Below, in pieces: positions 32,201 to 41,001 of a DNA stretch of 64,000 nt. This DNA comes from Cenarchaeum sp. (GTDB taxonomy: Archaea; Thermoproteota; Nitrososphaeria; Nitrososphaerales; Nitrosopumilaceae). The notes under the pieces were generated by a model. That model ran no database searches, was not told the origin of the DNA, and saw only the letters and a program-made list of their open reading frames with translations. The DNA lies in NCBI GenBank assembly GCA_965242695.1, contig CBDESU010000002.1, forward strand, positions 448,001-512,000. Direction: 5' to 3'. The position numbers were made by a program, and so were the translations under genes. The number at the start of each line of letters is the position of its first letter. Position 1 is the first letter of the stretch.

Positions 32201-34070
32201 CCGCGTCGTAGAGCAGGACTGCAACCTCGTCGGCGGACGGCCCCTGCTCTACGTACCTGTCCCAGTGCGCATCGTAGAGGTTGATCTCGTTCCTGATCGA
32301 CGTAAAGTCCTTGCCTCTGCCGTCGGGGCCAGCGGCTATCTGGGAAAAGATGTACAGGTTGAGTGGGTTGCCCAGCAGCTGCATGAGCTCGCCCGGCACG
32401 TGCGGGTTTCCCAAGGTTTCCATCACGCCGGCGACCTGGTCTTCGGACAGCTGGCCTAGTTCGTAATCTGCACCCCAGTCCGTAGAGGCGATCGACTCGG
32501 AGTAGCGGTAGTCGTAGGACCTTATGGTGACGACGGTCTTTGCGCCGGCTCCCCACGCCGACTTTATCAGCTGCTTGAACGCGGCCATCGTCCTCTTGTC
32601 CCGCGCTATGCTGTCGAGCGAGTCCACCATGACAACGGCCCCCCTGCCGTCTCGGGCCGCATCTCTCACCAGGTCCACGAACGAGCGGCCCGGCGCTATG
32701 GCTTTGTCCAGTTCGTCGAATGAAACGACTCCCAGAAAGTCGTCGGCCTTTACGAAGACGGTGTTGCACGAGCCTGCCAGGCTCTCGTATACCTGCCGCA
32801 AGAGGGCGGACTTGCCGGATCCCTTGTCGCCGACGACGACGACGCGCCCGTGTTCCTCAAGGAGGCCCCTGATGCCGTCCGATTCGGGCCCCCGCTCTAT
32901 TGTATTTCCGCATATGGTGTTTTCAACGCCGGCGATCGAGCCGCGGCTGGTCTCGTCGAGCGCCTCTTTCCAGCCCTCGCCGCCGTTGTCGTCATGGACG
33001 GGGGTGGCGCCGGTGCCGTGGACGCCGCGCCCTGCCTTGACCTTGCGCGCTATCTCGTCTATGATCGACTTGGGCGAGCCAGCCCAAGGCCGCATCAGGG
33101 CCTCGGAGATTGCGGGCAGCTTTTTCTTGGCGGCCTCGACGTTGACGCCGTGCAGGATGGGGAGTATTGTCAAGTCCTTTCCAAACATGGCTCCCAGCTC
33201 CGTCAGCCCCCAGCCGCTGTCCAAGTACCCCGGGCTGACTACGACAATGCCGTGGCGCGCCCCGCCAATGCCCTCTTTGATCTTGTTGCGCAGAACATCT
33301 CCAATGCCCATTCCGGCCTCGTCCCACCAGACGCTGACTCCTTTCTCCTTCAGGCCCTCGACAAGCGGCCGCGCCACGTCGTCCTTGGAGTCGTGCGAGT
33401 ACGACAGGAATGCATCGTAGGTGTCGCCATCGGCCGCCGCGCTGCCCCCCGCTGCCGCCCCCTCGCCTGCGCCGCCGCGCTTGTCTTCATCGCCCCGCTC
33501 CCCCACATCGCCGTCGTCGGGGGCGGCGCTGCCGGGTTTGTGCATCGTGTCCATCGCCTTCCGCACCGCATCCATGTACGTGGTCGATTCGGCGTTTTTG
33601 TAAGCCGTGTGCCGGTCGACTATGCCTGACATGCGTTCCTTGTATTGCAGGTCTGTGTCTTCAAGGAGGCCGTCGTCGGCGTTTGCCAGTATGACGCGCT
33701 CCTCGATCATGCGGCTGAACTGGGCGCATCGCTGCTTGATGCCGTGGTCCCAGTCTATGTCATCGGTATCCTCCAACTGCAGGCTGTCGACGGGGCGTCT
33801 GTACCTGGCGCGCAGGCCCGCAAGGGAGTGATCTTCGAGCAGTTTTTCTATTTTCAGGCAGAGCCGCAGGTATTCCCGGCCAAAGTCCTCGTCCTCAATG
33901 AGGACGTACCCCGTGTGGTGCGCCTCCAGCATGCTACGCAGAAGCTTCCAATGCATCCTCAGCCGCACGAGCGGGGCCGCGTCGCCGTCCTTGCCGCCGC
34001 CTTCCGGCGGGTTCTGCCGCGGCATGCCGTCCTGGCCGGGCAAGCTAGGATCGCCCTCCCTGGCGGCCAT
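29298..34070 (-). CDS. TIR-STAND NTPase-helical repeat protein (paralog of 5226..9740) with a different N-terminal domain
   Basis: YDAFLSYSHD...VVSPGYLDSGWGLTEL, GDKGSGKS, VMVDSLD, FFHHAYLDY. The C-terminus GWPEVLALLAAMERPD matches GWPAALDLLAEMGRRD of the paralog. Start 34070 or 34025. Confidence 0.85.
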   Translation of the reverse strand: MAAREGDPSLPGQDGMPRQNPPEGGGKDGDAAPLVRLRMHWKLLRSMLEAHHTGYVLIEDEDFGREYLRLCLKIEKLLEDHSLAGLRARYRRPVDSLQLEDTDDIDWDHGIKQRCAQFSRMIEERVILANADDGLLEDTDLQYKERMSGIVDRHTAYKNAESTTYMDAVRKAMDTMHKPGSAAPDDGDVGERGDEDKRGGAGEGAAAGGSAAADGDTYDAFLSYSHDSKDDVARPLVEGLKEKGVSVWWDEAGMGIGDVLRNKIKEGIGGARHGIVVVSPGYLDSGWGLTELGAMFGKDLTILPILHGVNVEAAKKKLPAISEALMRPWAGSPKSIIDEIARKVKAGRGVHGTGATPVHDDNGGEGWKEALDETSRGSIAGVENTICGNTIERGPESDGIRGLLEEHGRVVVVGDKGSGKSALLRQVYESLAGSCNTVFVKADDFLGVVSFDELDKAIAPGRSFVDLVRDAARDGRGAVVMVDSLDSIARDKRTMAAFKQLIKSAWGAGAKTVVTIRSYDYRYSESIASTDWGADYELGQLSEDQVAGVMETLGNPHVPGELMQLLGNPLNLYIFSQIAAGPDGRGKDFTSIRNEINLYDAHWDRYVEQGPSADEVAVLLYDAARAMAKAARTAVPLGQLGDAGASYLAQSATLLRRVRHTGRVAFFHHAYLDYVLSRATLEDQSGVMGLLRSDEHNLFVRPSLPLMLAMAHERSPREFSKLTAGILRSSLKHYWKMAAAAALARVSDGSAAGYNGVGQLLTEQAMLQRHFLIEAAMKKNAFWLGAWGDTFLKDWAGDKDNPNGAFIVGYVRVVAASAASGANPSAFHLLRLIAENNQNGTARRQAVESMAKADAEDKVTWLKEASKSADVKVRSGVAQLLPGLLRTTPGSVPDMFANLLAYEETSSEPTVMADAGSMRFMGNPVQDNAMIKWSLERMFPDMLKDDPGTMIKAAVQAAERTRAAAPSDPSALFDVHFDAFQRILMPEGAVVSAVRHHLEECDGAEFDRLALLLAASHMAPFRSMLIEGMALRGASHLNRLVDELSDPRVYELHSMQASIKGAIGSIAGALDGAQLSRILGAIMKSNQPPAGEPGPTEEDADRLRAQLLADAPGGMFSPEEADYILAALGADESPEDRMRSVKLRSGRARAQFLAVFPEHMLGGEHLELVKAHRPRAAADRQPLLPQDFKFHKIPDPDVPLQSPEDTIRSMIGKGQDRKGRIALLESIASYLESPSDAIDAGLLPMVEQCLLESSRDPDPEGDVADEPSKFLADHPGVRSLAALCIARLVAMRGGEATENALRELSKDPSNLVRGGIARGLAHLIPARYDLAYPILLEYSRDPDFRVRFFLGDRFDAVINKDPAQASAVIENMLVAGGPPMPGTTNFLLYLALEKKDPRAAALLDRVAAEVKFRDIRLDMPFALKPYLSSPDHQGAALDLLYRMIEAGPDVVRSKAVFFAFNGIDGNDDAHAGSHAYARKVTPHLGLLASLFGRGQFDLQTAEHAVRFLEAHWHAIPEVALSCLEAVAGSRPDLSHQPALAQCTTNIISGMIELYHPGDSEWRRCLDVLDIYAAAGWPEVLALLAAMERPD

Positions 34071-35853
34071 CCCGGCCCCGGGTGCCCGAGCCGCCGCCCC
34101 TGCCGTCCCCTGCCTCAAAGTGGGCCGCGGCCGCCCTCAGCGCCGCCCCGATGCCGGGCGGCACCTGCCCGCCGGCGAGGCCGACGACGTGCTCGGCAAG
34201 CCTGACCTTGCTGAAGCGGCCGCACTTTTTCGCGTTCCAGTGCTTTTGGAGCGTTGCCGCCACCGCCTCGCCCTTGTCCCTTGACGCGCGCAGCTTGGCG
34301 GCAGTCAGCGAAAAGCCGCACCCCGCCTCGGCTGCCATCCTATGGGCCGCCCCCACGATCAGGTCGTCGTCGAACTCGTCCTCTATGTTCTTTTCCAGGA
34401 AGTAAAAGTTGCCGGCGAGCAGGCCGTCTGCCTCCAGCTTTTCGGCCAGGCGCCTGGCCTCGTCGTCGTCGTCGAGGATGGCGAACATGCGGCGGCCCTC
34501 CGCCTCTAGGTACCTGATCAGCATCCCGAGGTTCTTGACGTTGTAGGCCCCGTCAAGGCTGTAGATCATCGTAGAGGAGGCGTGTCCCGGGGCGGCGGCC
34601 CCCAGGAACGGCTGGAACGACACCAGGTCGGATCGGCCCTCTACGAACAGGATGTTTGTCGGATGCAGGGCATCGGCGTGCGTTATCCCCATCTCGCGCC
34701 GGATCAGGCCCACGTTGTCGGGGACGATCTCGGTGGCGCTGGACCGGCCCGTGTCCTTTGTCACCAGGACCACGCGCTCGTCCGGGCCGCCCCCCAGAAA
34801 GACGGGAGAGTGCGTCTCTATGACGAACTGCGTGCCGTCCGCCTCGCACTTGTCCCGGATCGTGCGCAGGATCGACCGCTGGCGCTCGGCGTGCAGGTGG
34901 AGCTCGGGCTCCTTGACGATGTAAATCGTGGCGCGGCCGCGGAACATCTGCCACCCGAGGATCAGCGTCTGGCGCTGCCCGCTGCCAAGGTCCGTGTGCA
35001 CGGACCTCCGGGAGAGGCCCCGTTCGCGCACCTCCAGCACCAGATCGGTGCCGACCGTGCGCGGCTCGACCCCGGACGGATCGCCGCGCGTGACGCGCGC
35101 CATGTGCTTGTCGAACTCGGTCTGCTCTGCCCTACGGAGGTCGTTGAGCTCGTTCGGGAGGTTTTGGCCGTCGGGGGTCAGGTCGCCGCTCTGGTGCACG
35201 GGCACCATTGACGGCATTGCCCGGTCCGCCGGGACGGATTGGAGGCCAGAGAACAGTTCTAACACGGCCGGAAATAACGAGTGGTCAAGCAGGCCAAATA
35301 GATCGGACGTTTTGTCCAGCCTTCCGACATGCGGTCGGGAGACAAGACGCGGGAGGGTCAGGCTTTTCGGGTCGGCTATGTCTATGTCTCTAGACACTAC
35401 TGCGTATTTGCCGCCTGCGAGGCCAGCGCGCGCAAAGAGCTCGAATTTGCCGTCGCCGATGGACAGCCAAGCCTCTTCCCTTTGCAGATCTTGACCAGCA
35501 AACGCGGCAATATATTTAATATGTTTGAACAGCATGCCGCCTGCAAGGTTTCCATGCAGGGCGGCGGCTTTTTTTATGTTTGGTCGGTCCAGTAGCACAC
35601 TCTGCTCGATATCGGACAGCTCGAACGTCACGCCCAGGCGCATCTCGGCCGCGTCGTTGTCGTCGAAATAATCGGACTTTGCGGGCTGGTATCGACCTCC
35701 GGACATGATGGCCGCTATCTTTTGCAGGCCGTAGAGCGCGTTGGACTTGCCGGCGCCGTTCGGGCCGATGAGGGCGGTGATCCGGCCTAGCGGGATCTCG
35801 GTCTCGTGCGCAAAGCTCTTGAAGTTGGCAAGTGTGATGCCACGCAGCCTCAT
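34045..35853 (-). CDS. OLD-family ABC ATPase-TOPRIM nuclease (Walker B variant)
   Basis: Motifs GPNGAGKS, LGSGQ, IVKEPELHLH, IETHSP and TOPRIM FVEGRSD...ILDDD. Confidence 0.85.
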   Translation of the reverse strand: MRLRGITLANFKSFAHETEIPLGRITALIGPNGAGKSNALYGLQKIAAIMSGGRYQPAKSDYFDDNDAAEMRLGVTFELSDIEQSVLLDRPNIKKAAALHGNLAGGMLFKHIKYIAAFAGQDLQREEAWLSIGDGKFELFARAGLAGGKYAVVSRDIDIADPKSLTLPRLVSRPHVGRLDKTSDLFGLLDHSLFPAVLELFSGLQSVPADRAMPSMVPVHQSGDLTPDGQNLPNELNDLRRAEQTEFDKHMARVTRGDPSGVEPRTVGTDLVLEVRERGLSRRSVHTDLGSGQRQTLILGWQMFRGRATIYIVKEPELHLHAERQRSILRTIRDKCEADGTQFVIETHSPVFLGGGPDERVVLVTKDTGRSSATEIVPDNVGLIRREMGITHADALHPTNILFVEGRSDLVSFQPFLGAAAPGHASSTMIYSLDGAYNVKNLGMLIRYLEAEGRRMFAILDDDDEARRLAEKLEADGLLAGNFYFLEKNIEDEFDDDLIVGAAHRMAAEAGCGFSLTAAKLRASRDKGEAVAATLQKHWNAKKCGRFSKVRLAEHVVGLAGGQVPPGIGAALRAAAAHFEAGDGRGGGSGTRGRDGRQGGRS

Positions 35854-36020
35854 CTAGACCCCTCCCGTTGCGCCCCTCCCCGCCCGCCGCGGGCGGGGAG
35901 GAGGGCCAGTGCGTCTGCCATTCCCGGCAGCTGCCACCGCCGTGCGCCGCCTCCCTGCGGCGGTCGGCGGCGGCGCTCGGGTGCATCCGGCGCGGGTGAA
36001 ACAAGCGGCGAGACGGGCGG

Positions 36021-38054
36021 TCATATTGGCGTCCCCCCCATCTCCCCCTCCGCCAGCTCTGCGATCTGCCGCACGATCAGCTCGATCGTCTCCAAGCGTA
36101 TGCGCTTTTCCGCAACTTCTTCCATGAGCAGGCGGGCGTCGAGTACCTTCGAGCTCTTCTTGCGCATGCCGTGCAGGGCGTAGCGCTCTTGAAGCATTCT
36201 TTCGTGGTGGGGACCGGACCCTCCCGGGGGGCCGAGCGCCCTTTCTAGGTCAGAATGCACCGTGCTCTCCAAGTCGACATCCAGGCAGGCGAACGTGCCG
36301 CATATCCGGCCGCGCCAGTCGGCCCCGGCATGCCCGAGCGCCGACGCAATGCATTCGCTCTCCCTGTCCTGCCTGCTCTCGCCCCTGTCTGCGTCCCAGA
36401 CCGCGTAGACGGGTATCCCGAACCTGCGAAACAGCGCGATCGGCAGGGGGATTGCAGACTTTGACTCGCACGGTATGACCGACACGCCGAGCGAGTCCAG
36501 GGGAGTCTCCATAGCCTCGGCCACCGCCTCTAGGACGACGCGGTCTGACTGCCCCTCAACCAGCACGACGGCCGTCGAGAAGAACCCCTCGCTCAGGGCG
36601 GGGCCCATGGCCCTCGCGAGGAGGTGGTCTGGCGTTGCGCAGGCCGGGCCGGCCATGCCGCAACGCCGCACATCCTCCAGTATGTCGGACGGCGTTGCGC
36701 TAGCCACGGTCGTCACGCCCGGATCTACAGAGCGCCCGTGCCTCATGCGGACAAGCCGGATCTGCCCCACGCGGTCTGCAAAGACAAAGTGCGGCGAGTG
36801 CGTGGTGTAGAGCACCTGCACGGGGCCGGGCACGCCCGCAAGCCCCTTATCGGGAAGGGATCGCAGGAGCCTCGCCAGGTGGCGCATTCGGGTCGGGTGC
36901 TGGTACAGCTCGGGCTCTTCGATTGCCAGTATGGCCGTGGGGGCGTCCCGGGCGTCGCCGGCGCCGCCCGGTTGCCGGGATGTGGCGGTGCCGGCCCTGG
37001 CGCGGCCGGCCGGACGGCGGTACGTCGTGTCCGCGTAGGATTCGCCGTCGGCCTGGGCCCCGGATATGTGGTAGAGCGCGGCCAGTATGAGTGCCCGCTG
37101 GAGTCCATGCCCCGCGCCGGCCACGGGAGACGGGTACCTGTTCTCGTTGAGGCAGACGCTAAAGCGCGGCCTGCCTATGCTCAGCTCTGGCGGCTCGCCT
37201 ACGATCTCCACCTGCGTGTCGGGAACGAGGCTGCCGAGCGTGCTGTTGAGCGCATCCACGAGCCACGTGATCTCGGGCGGGAGCGAGTGGTCCATGGCCT
37301 CTTCGCAGGCCTTTCTGAGCCTGCCCGGCAGGGCCTTGTATTCCTTCTTTTCGGCGATGGCCTTTTGGATCGTAATGCCCAGAAGCTCGTCAAGGACGGT
37401 GTCGGCGGCGCCGGCGGCGCCGCCCTCGGCCGCGTCGGGCGCCGCGGCGGGCACGTGCAGGAAGCGCACAAGGCCTGAAAGCCGGGCAAGGCCGGGCCCC
37501 GCGGGGCCGAAGAAGCGTCCGCTGTCGAGCATCGGCATACACCGGTCAGGATGGCGGCCCTCCCACTCGGCCAGGGCCTCGAGGGCTCGCTCGATGCCGG
37601 GCCAGGGCAGCGGTAGGCCGGCGTACTCGGGCCGCCCAGCAAGCGACTCGTACAGGGGCTTTGCCATGGCGTCGCGCGTCTCGGATCGTACGGGCGCAAA
37701 GTCCGGGTTCTGCGGGGCGGTTCCGTGGAGCGTCCGCACGGCCCTAGAGCCGTCCGAATGGACTATGCAGGTTATCTCCAGCGTGCCGCCGGGGCCGACA
37801 TACCCCGAGAACGCGTCGCGGGCTGCCGGCCCTAGGCCTCCGAACGTCGCCGCTATTATTATATCCTCCTTGGTGTTTACATTGTGGTAGTCCTCGTCTG
37901 TGACAGGCGCTTTCCCAAAGAGCACCCGCAATGCGAGCAGGATCGTGGACTTGCCCGACCCATTGGCCCCGACAAGGGCCGTCATGCTGTCGAATGAGAC
38001 CACGAGGTCCTTGGCGGCGCGGAGGTTTTGGATGCGGAGCTTTTCGACGCGCAA
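36021..38054 (-). CDS. OLD-family ABC ATPase-TOPRIM nuclease
   Basis: Motifs GANGSGKS, GHGLQR, AIEEPELYQHP, YTTHSP and LVEGQSD...WDAD. TTG start 2 nt after the upstream stop. Confidence 0.88.
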   Translation of the reverse strand: MRVEKLRIQNLRAAKDLVVSFDSMTALVGANGSGKSTILLALRVLFGKAPVTDEDYHNVNTKEDIIIAATFGGLGPAARDAFSGYVGPGGTLEITCIVHSDGSRAVRTLHGTAPQNPDFAPVRSETRDAMAKPLYESLAGRPEYAGLPLPWPGIERALEALAEWEGRHPDRCMPMLDSGRFFGPAGPGLARLSGLVRFLHVPAAAPDAAEGGAAGAADTVLDELLGITIQKAIAEKKEYKALPGRLRKACEEAMDHSLPPEITWLVDALNSTLGSLVPDTQVEIVGEPPELSIGRPRFSVCLNENRYPSPVAGAGHGLQRALILAALYHISGAQADGESYADTTYRRPAGRARAGTATSRQPGGAGDARDAPTAILAIEEPELYQHPTRMRHLARLLRSLPDKGLAGVPGPVQVLYTTHSPHFVFADRVGQIRLVRMRHGRSVDPGVTTVASATPSDILEDVRRCGMAGPACATPDHLLARAMGPALSEGFFSTAVVLVEGQSDRVVLEAVAEAMETPLDSLGVSVIPCESKSAIPLPIALFRRFGIPVYAVWDADRGESRQDRESECIASALGHAGADWRGRICGTFACLDVDLESTVHSDLERALGPPGGSGPHHERMLQERYALHGMRKKSSKVLDARLLMEEVAEKRIRLETIELIVRQIAELAEGEMGGTPI

Positions 38055-38056
38055 TG

Positions 38057-38704
38057 CTAGATCGAACCCCCGTTGCGGCCAGCCGACCGCGCGTCGGAGT
38101 CGTCTTCGGCCCTGCACGGCGCAATAGAAATGTTTCTAACTGTACGTTGGGTCTTGCCGTTCAAGACTTCAAACTGTAGAGATGGTATGATGCATGTTTC
38201 CGCCACGATCGATACCGGGCTGTCAGCCATATGGCAAGTGATTCTCGCAATGTACTCTACATGGACCCGGTACGTGGTGTCCGTCCCTAGCTTTAACACC
38301 GATTCCCTGGAGAACAGATCATCCACAGTTGTGGTTCGATCGAAAAAAGTGCTCGTGGTGCCCACTTTAAGGCAGGTGATTGCCACTTTCTTCCCTACAC
38401 GCTGTCTAAACCACTTGTTCTCAAGGAACTCGACGAGGTCGGACAGCATGGCAGTGCTCTGCATCCGTGCAAGGATCCAGCTGTCGGTCGTCTGCGCTCT
38501 TGTCTTCGGGAAGAGTGTCAGAATGTCACCGAACCTCCCATCGGCGCCAGGCGTGGCGTGCGGGTGTGCCTTGATATGGCAGATCATGTCGTCAAGCCCC
38601 ATGTGCCGGCCACAGATGCAGCACTTCCCCGCCGATTTGGGCTGACGCGTGGGGCTATCGACGGGTGTGGCGGCGCGTGGCACTCCGTGTGTAATTCCTG
38701 TCAT
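38057..38704 (-). CDS. C2H2-like Zn-finger protein with divergent pRiA4b ORF-3-like region
   Basis: CCICG...MICHIKAH, followed by WILARMQSTAMLSDLVEFLENKW. Confidence 0.5.
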   Translation of the reverse strand: MTGITHGVPRAATPVDSPTRQPKSAGKCCICGRHMGLDDMICHIKAHPHATPGADGRFGDILTLFPKTRAQTTDSWILARMQSTAMLSDLVEFLENKWFRQRVGKKVAITCLKVGTTSTFFDRTTTVDDLFSRESVLKLGTDTTYRVHVEYIARITCHMADSPVSIVAETCIIPSLQFEVLNGKTQRTVRNISIAPCRAEDDSDARSAGRNGGSI

Positions 38705-38798
38705 GGTAGATCACCCGTCGCGTGTACATCTGGCCCTAGCGCCGCTTTATGGACAGGACGGTTGATCTGGGAGAGGATCGGCTCAAGCCTCACGAAGA

Positions 38799-40727
38799 TC
38801 ACCGCCCGGCGCAGCACGATGACTGCGTGCGCCCGCCCGAAGCAGATTGGACTGGCCTCGTCGACGTGCATGGTGACGCACTGCTAGGCCCCGCGAGGCG
38901 GGCTACAGATCCGGCTCCATGCGGGGAATAGTGCTGCCTCCCGTCAGAAGCAGAAAAGGGGTTGCTGTTTTCATGTGGGCGGGCAGGCCCGGGCGAGTGG
39001 CCTTTTTCACTACTTGACATAAGGTCAATCGACTTGAATTGTTTGTATGAGAGTACTTCAACGCCCATGTAGAGCGAAATGATCGGTTCGTATTTAGTCA
39101 CTACGAATGTCCGTACGTTGTAGTCTTCAAAAACCGCATTTCGACCAAATCCGAATTTTTGCATGTTGTGAAAATTCTTTCTAAAGAATTCGAGCCGTGA
39201 ATGTTGCTTTTTTACGTGTTCAAGCAGTCCTCGCCGCTTATCAAGCAATAGCTGGTCGACGATTTTAGTCCCAGCTTTTGAGGAAGGAGCCATATCCTCG
39301 TACTTTGCCTCCACAAGGATGACAGTCTTGGTCGCTAAGTCTACCGCCATACAGTCAAACTCTTTGTGCTCGTTGTCAAATGAGATCCGCAACATTCCGT
39401 CGTCCTGTTCAGGGTGGACAACAAAGCCTCGCATGCGAAGGTTATGTCGTATTTCTGATTCAAAATCTCGTGACGCAGCTTGTCTTTTTTTATTGTAGGA
39501 CGTTTGGCCTGTCTCCGCTTGTGTGCCGGAGAGATGGGTGTTGTTCGAGTAGAGGTACACGAGGTACAGCAGAAGTGTGTCGTAGTCGAACCAGTATACG
39601 CCGTCGTTGTGAATTAGGATGGGGGCGTATTTTAGGCCGGACGTGTAGTCGTCCAGGAACTTGTCATAGTGCCCGTGCGTCTCGTTCCTCCTTGATGCAC
39701 GGCGATAAATCTTGCGAAGCATCTCTGCTCGAAGGGTGCCAGTGCCGCTAGGCGGGCACGTCTTCCACACGGAAAGCAGGGCGTTGAAATCTTCCGATCT
39801 AGCAGGGTACGCATGTATTTTTGAAGCTGTGTGCCCCATTTTGAAAGCGTGGTTGAGTGATCTTATGAGGGGGAGAGAATTGTCGTATATTGATTTAAAG
39901 TCGAACCTAGTTTCTACTGGCGTGTTCATTGATTTTTTATCAATAAACCAGAACGAGTGACGATCGGATCGGTCGTGTTTTTTACTTTCGTCGACTATGC
40001 CAAGGTCTTTATGAAACTCGTTGATGGCATATTCGTACTTTATGACGTAAGCCTCTGCCTTACCGTTGGTTATGTAATTTTTTGAGGTGAGTTCGCCTAC
40101 CAGTTGAAGGCGTTTAAAACTGTCGAAGTAGGTGTCAAACGTGTGGCGAAATCCATAGTCGCTTTTTGAGGTGCCCCATGCGGTAATGTATCTTACCTGT
40201 GTCAGTAAATAATCTACGGCGGCAATAATGTCAATGTTAACTCCATCCCTTTGACGCAGTTTTGCACATTCGGCTGCACGTTTTTTGTAGAGTTTTTTAA
40301 ACAAAAATTTGCGCTGAAGCTTAGAAAATGCCCGTATGTTTTTATTGCATTGTTCCCTTGCAAATACGGGTCCGCCATGGTCACCAATATTCCCAGAAAA
40401 TTCTCCCTTGTCAGTATAGACAACGCACTCGCGATTGAAACATGCCTCACTCAAGGTGTCACGATTGACGTACAATGGATCGTAGCAAGACAAGCAAAGG
40501 TAGTCTGAATCGATGCCTTTTAGATCTGACTTGGGGTAGTATGACGATCGCCCATTGCTACGGTCAAGTGATTCTTCGTCCCTCTTCAGACGTTTTATCT
40601 GGGGGAAGGTTCGTGTCCCCAAATCTTTACCATGCCCCTTGGTGGACGCATGTCCTGCCCGTGTCCTGCCAGACTCGTTTGCCGCCTGACCATCACAGCA
40701 GGGGCAAGCCCTCGATTCATCCTGCAT
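38799..40727 (-). CDS. Low-GC protein with Cys cluster and C-terminal NERD/PD-(D/E)xK-like nuclease
   Basis: CLSC...CFNREC near the N-terminus and FESEIR...EFDCMAVD...ILVEAK near the C-terminus. Long open frame in AT-rich DNA; start uncertain. Confidence 0.65.
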   Translation of the reverse strand: MQDESRACPCCDGQAANESGRTRAGHASTKGHGKDLGTRTFPQIKRLKRDEESLDRSNGRSSYYPKSDLKGIDSDYLCLSCYDPLYVNRDTLSEACFNRECVVYTDKGEFSGNIGDHGGPVFAREQCNKNIRAFSKLQRKFLFKKLYKKRAAECAKLRQRDGVNIDIIAAVDYLLTQVRYITAWGTSKSDYGFRHTFDTYFDSFKRLQLVGELTSKNYITNGKAEAYVIKYEYAINEFHKDLGIVDESKKHDRSDRHSFWFIDKKSMNTPVETRFDFKSIYDNSLPLIRSLNHAFKMGHTASKIHAYPARSEDFNALLSVWKTCPPSGTGTLRAEMLRKIYRRASRRNETHGHYDKFLDDYTSGLKYAPILIHNDGVYWFDYDTLLLYLVYLYSNNTHLSGTQAETGQTSYNKKRQAASRDFESEIRHNLRMRGFVVHPEQDDGMLRISFDNEHKEFDCMAVDLATKTVILVEAKYEDMAPSSKAGTKIVDQLLLDKRRGLLEHVKKQHSRLEFFRKNFHNMQKFGFGRNAVFEDYNVRTFVVTKYEPIISLYMGVEVLSYKQFKSIDLMSSSEKGHSPGPARPHENSNPFSASDGRQHYSPHGAGSVARLAGPSSASPCTSTRPVQSASGGRTQSSCCAGR

Positions 40728-41001
40728 GCGTGAACGCGGCATCTTGACAGCCGTGCCTGCCACTTTCGGCTCCACGCCGGCGCCGTGTGTCGGGCTGTTA
40801 AATAGTTGCCCCAGGAGAGTTAGCCGTGCCCGCGTTGGGCGGGGGGTGGCGGCCACACCAAGGAGCGCTGCCTGTTCAAGGGCGCCTTGCGGCCCTTTCG
40901 GGTCAGTGCGGCATGCCAGGGGCAGATCCAACGTCGTCCCGCGCCTAGATGGTGTTGCCGTCCTGACTAGACGATGCGATTCAGCCTTGCCGCCGCATCG
41001 G

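Noticed and set aside
34045-38054. Gabija system
   Set aside because: No UvrD/GajB helicase gene is recognisable nearby.
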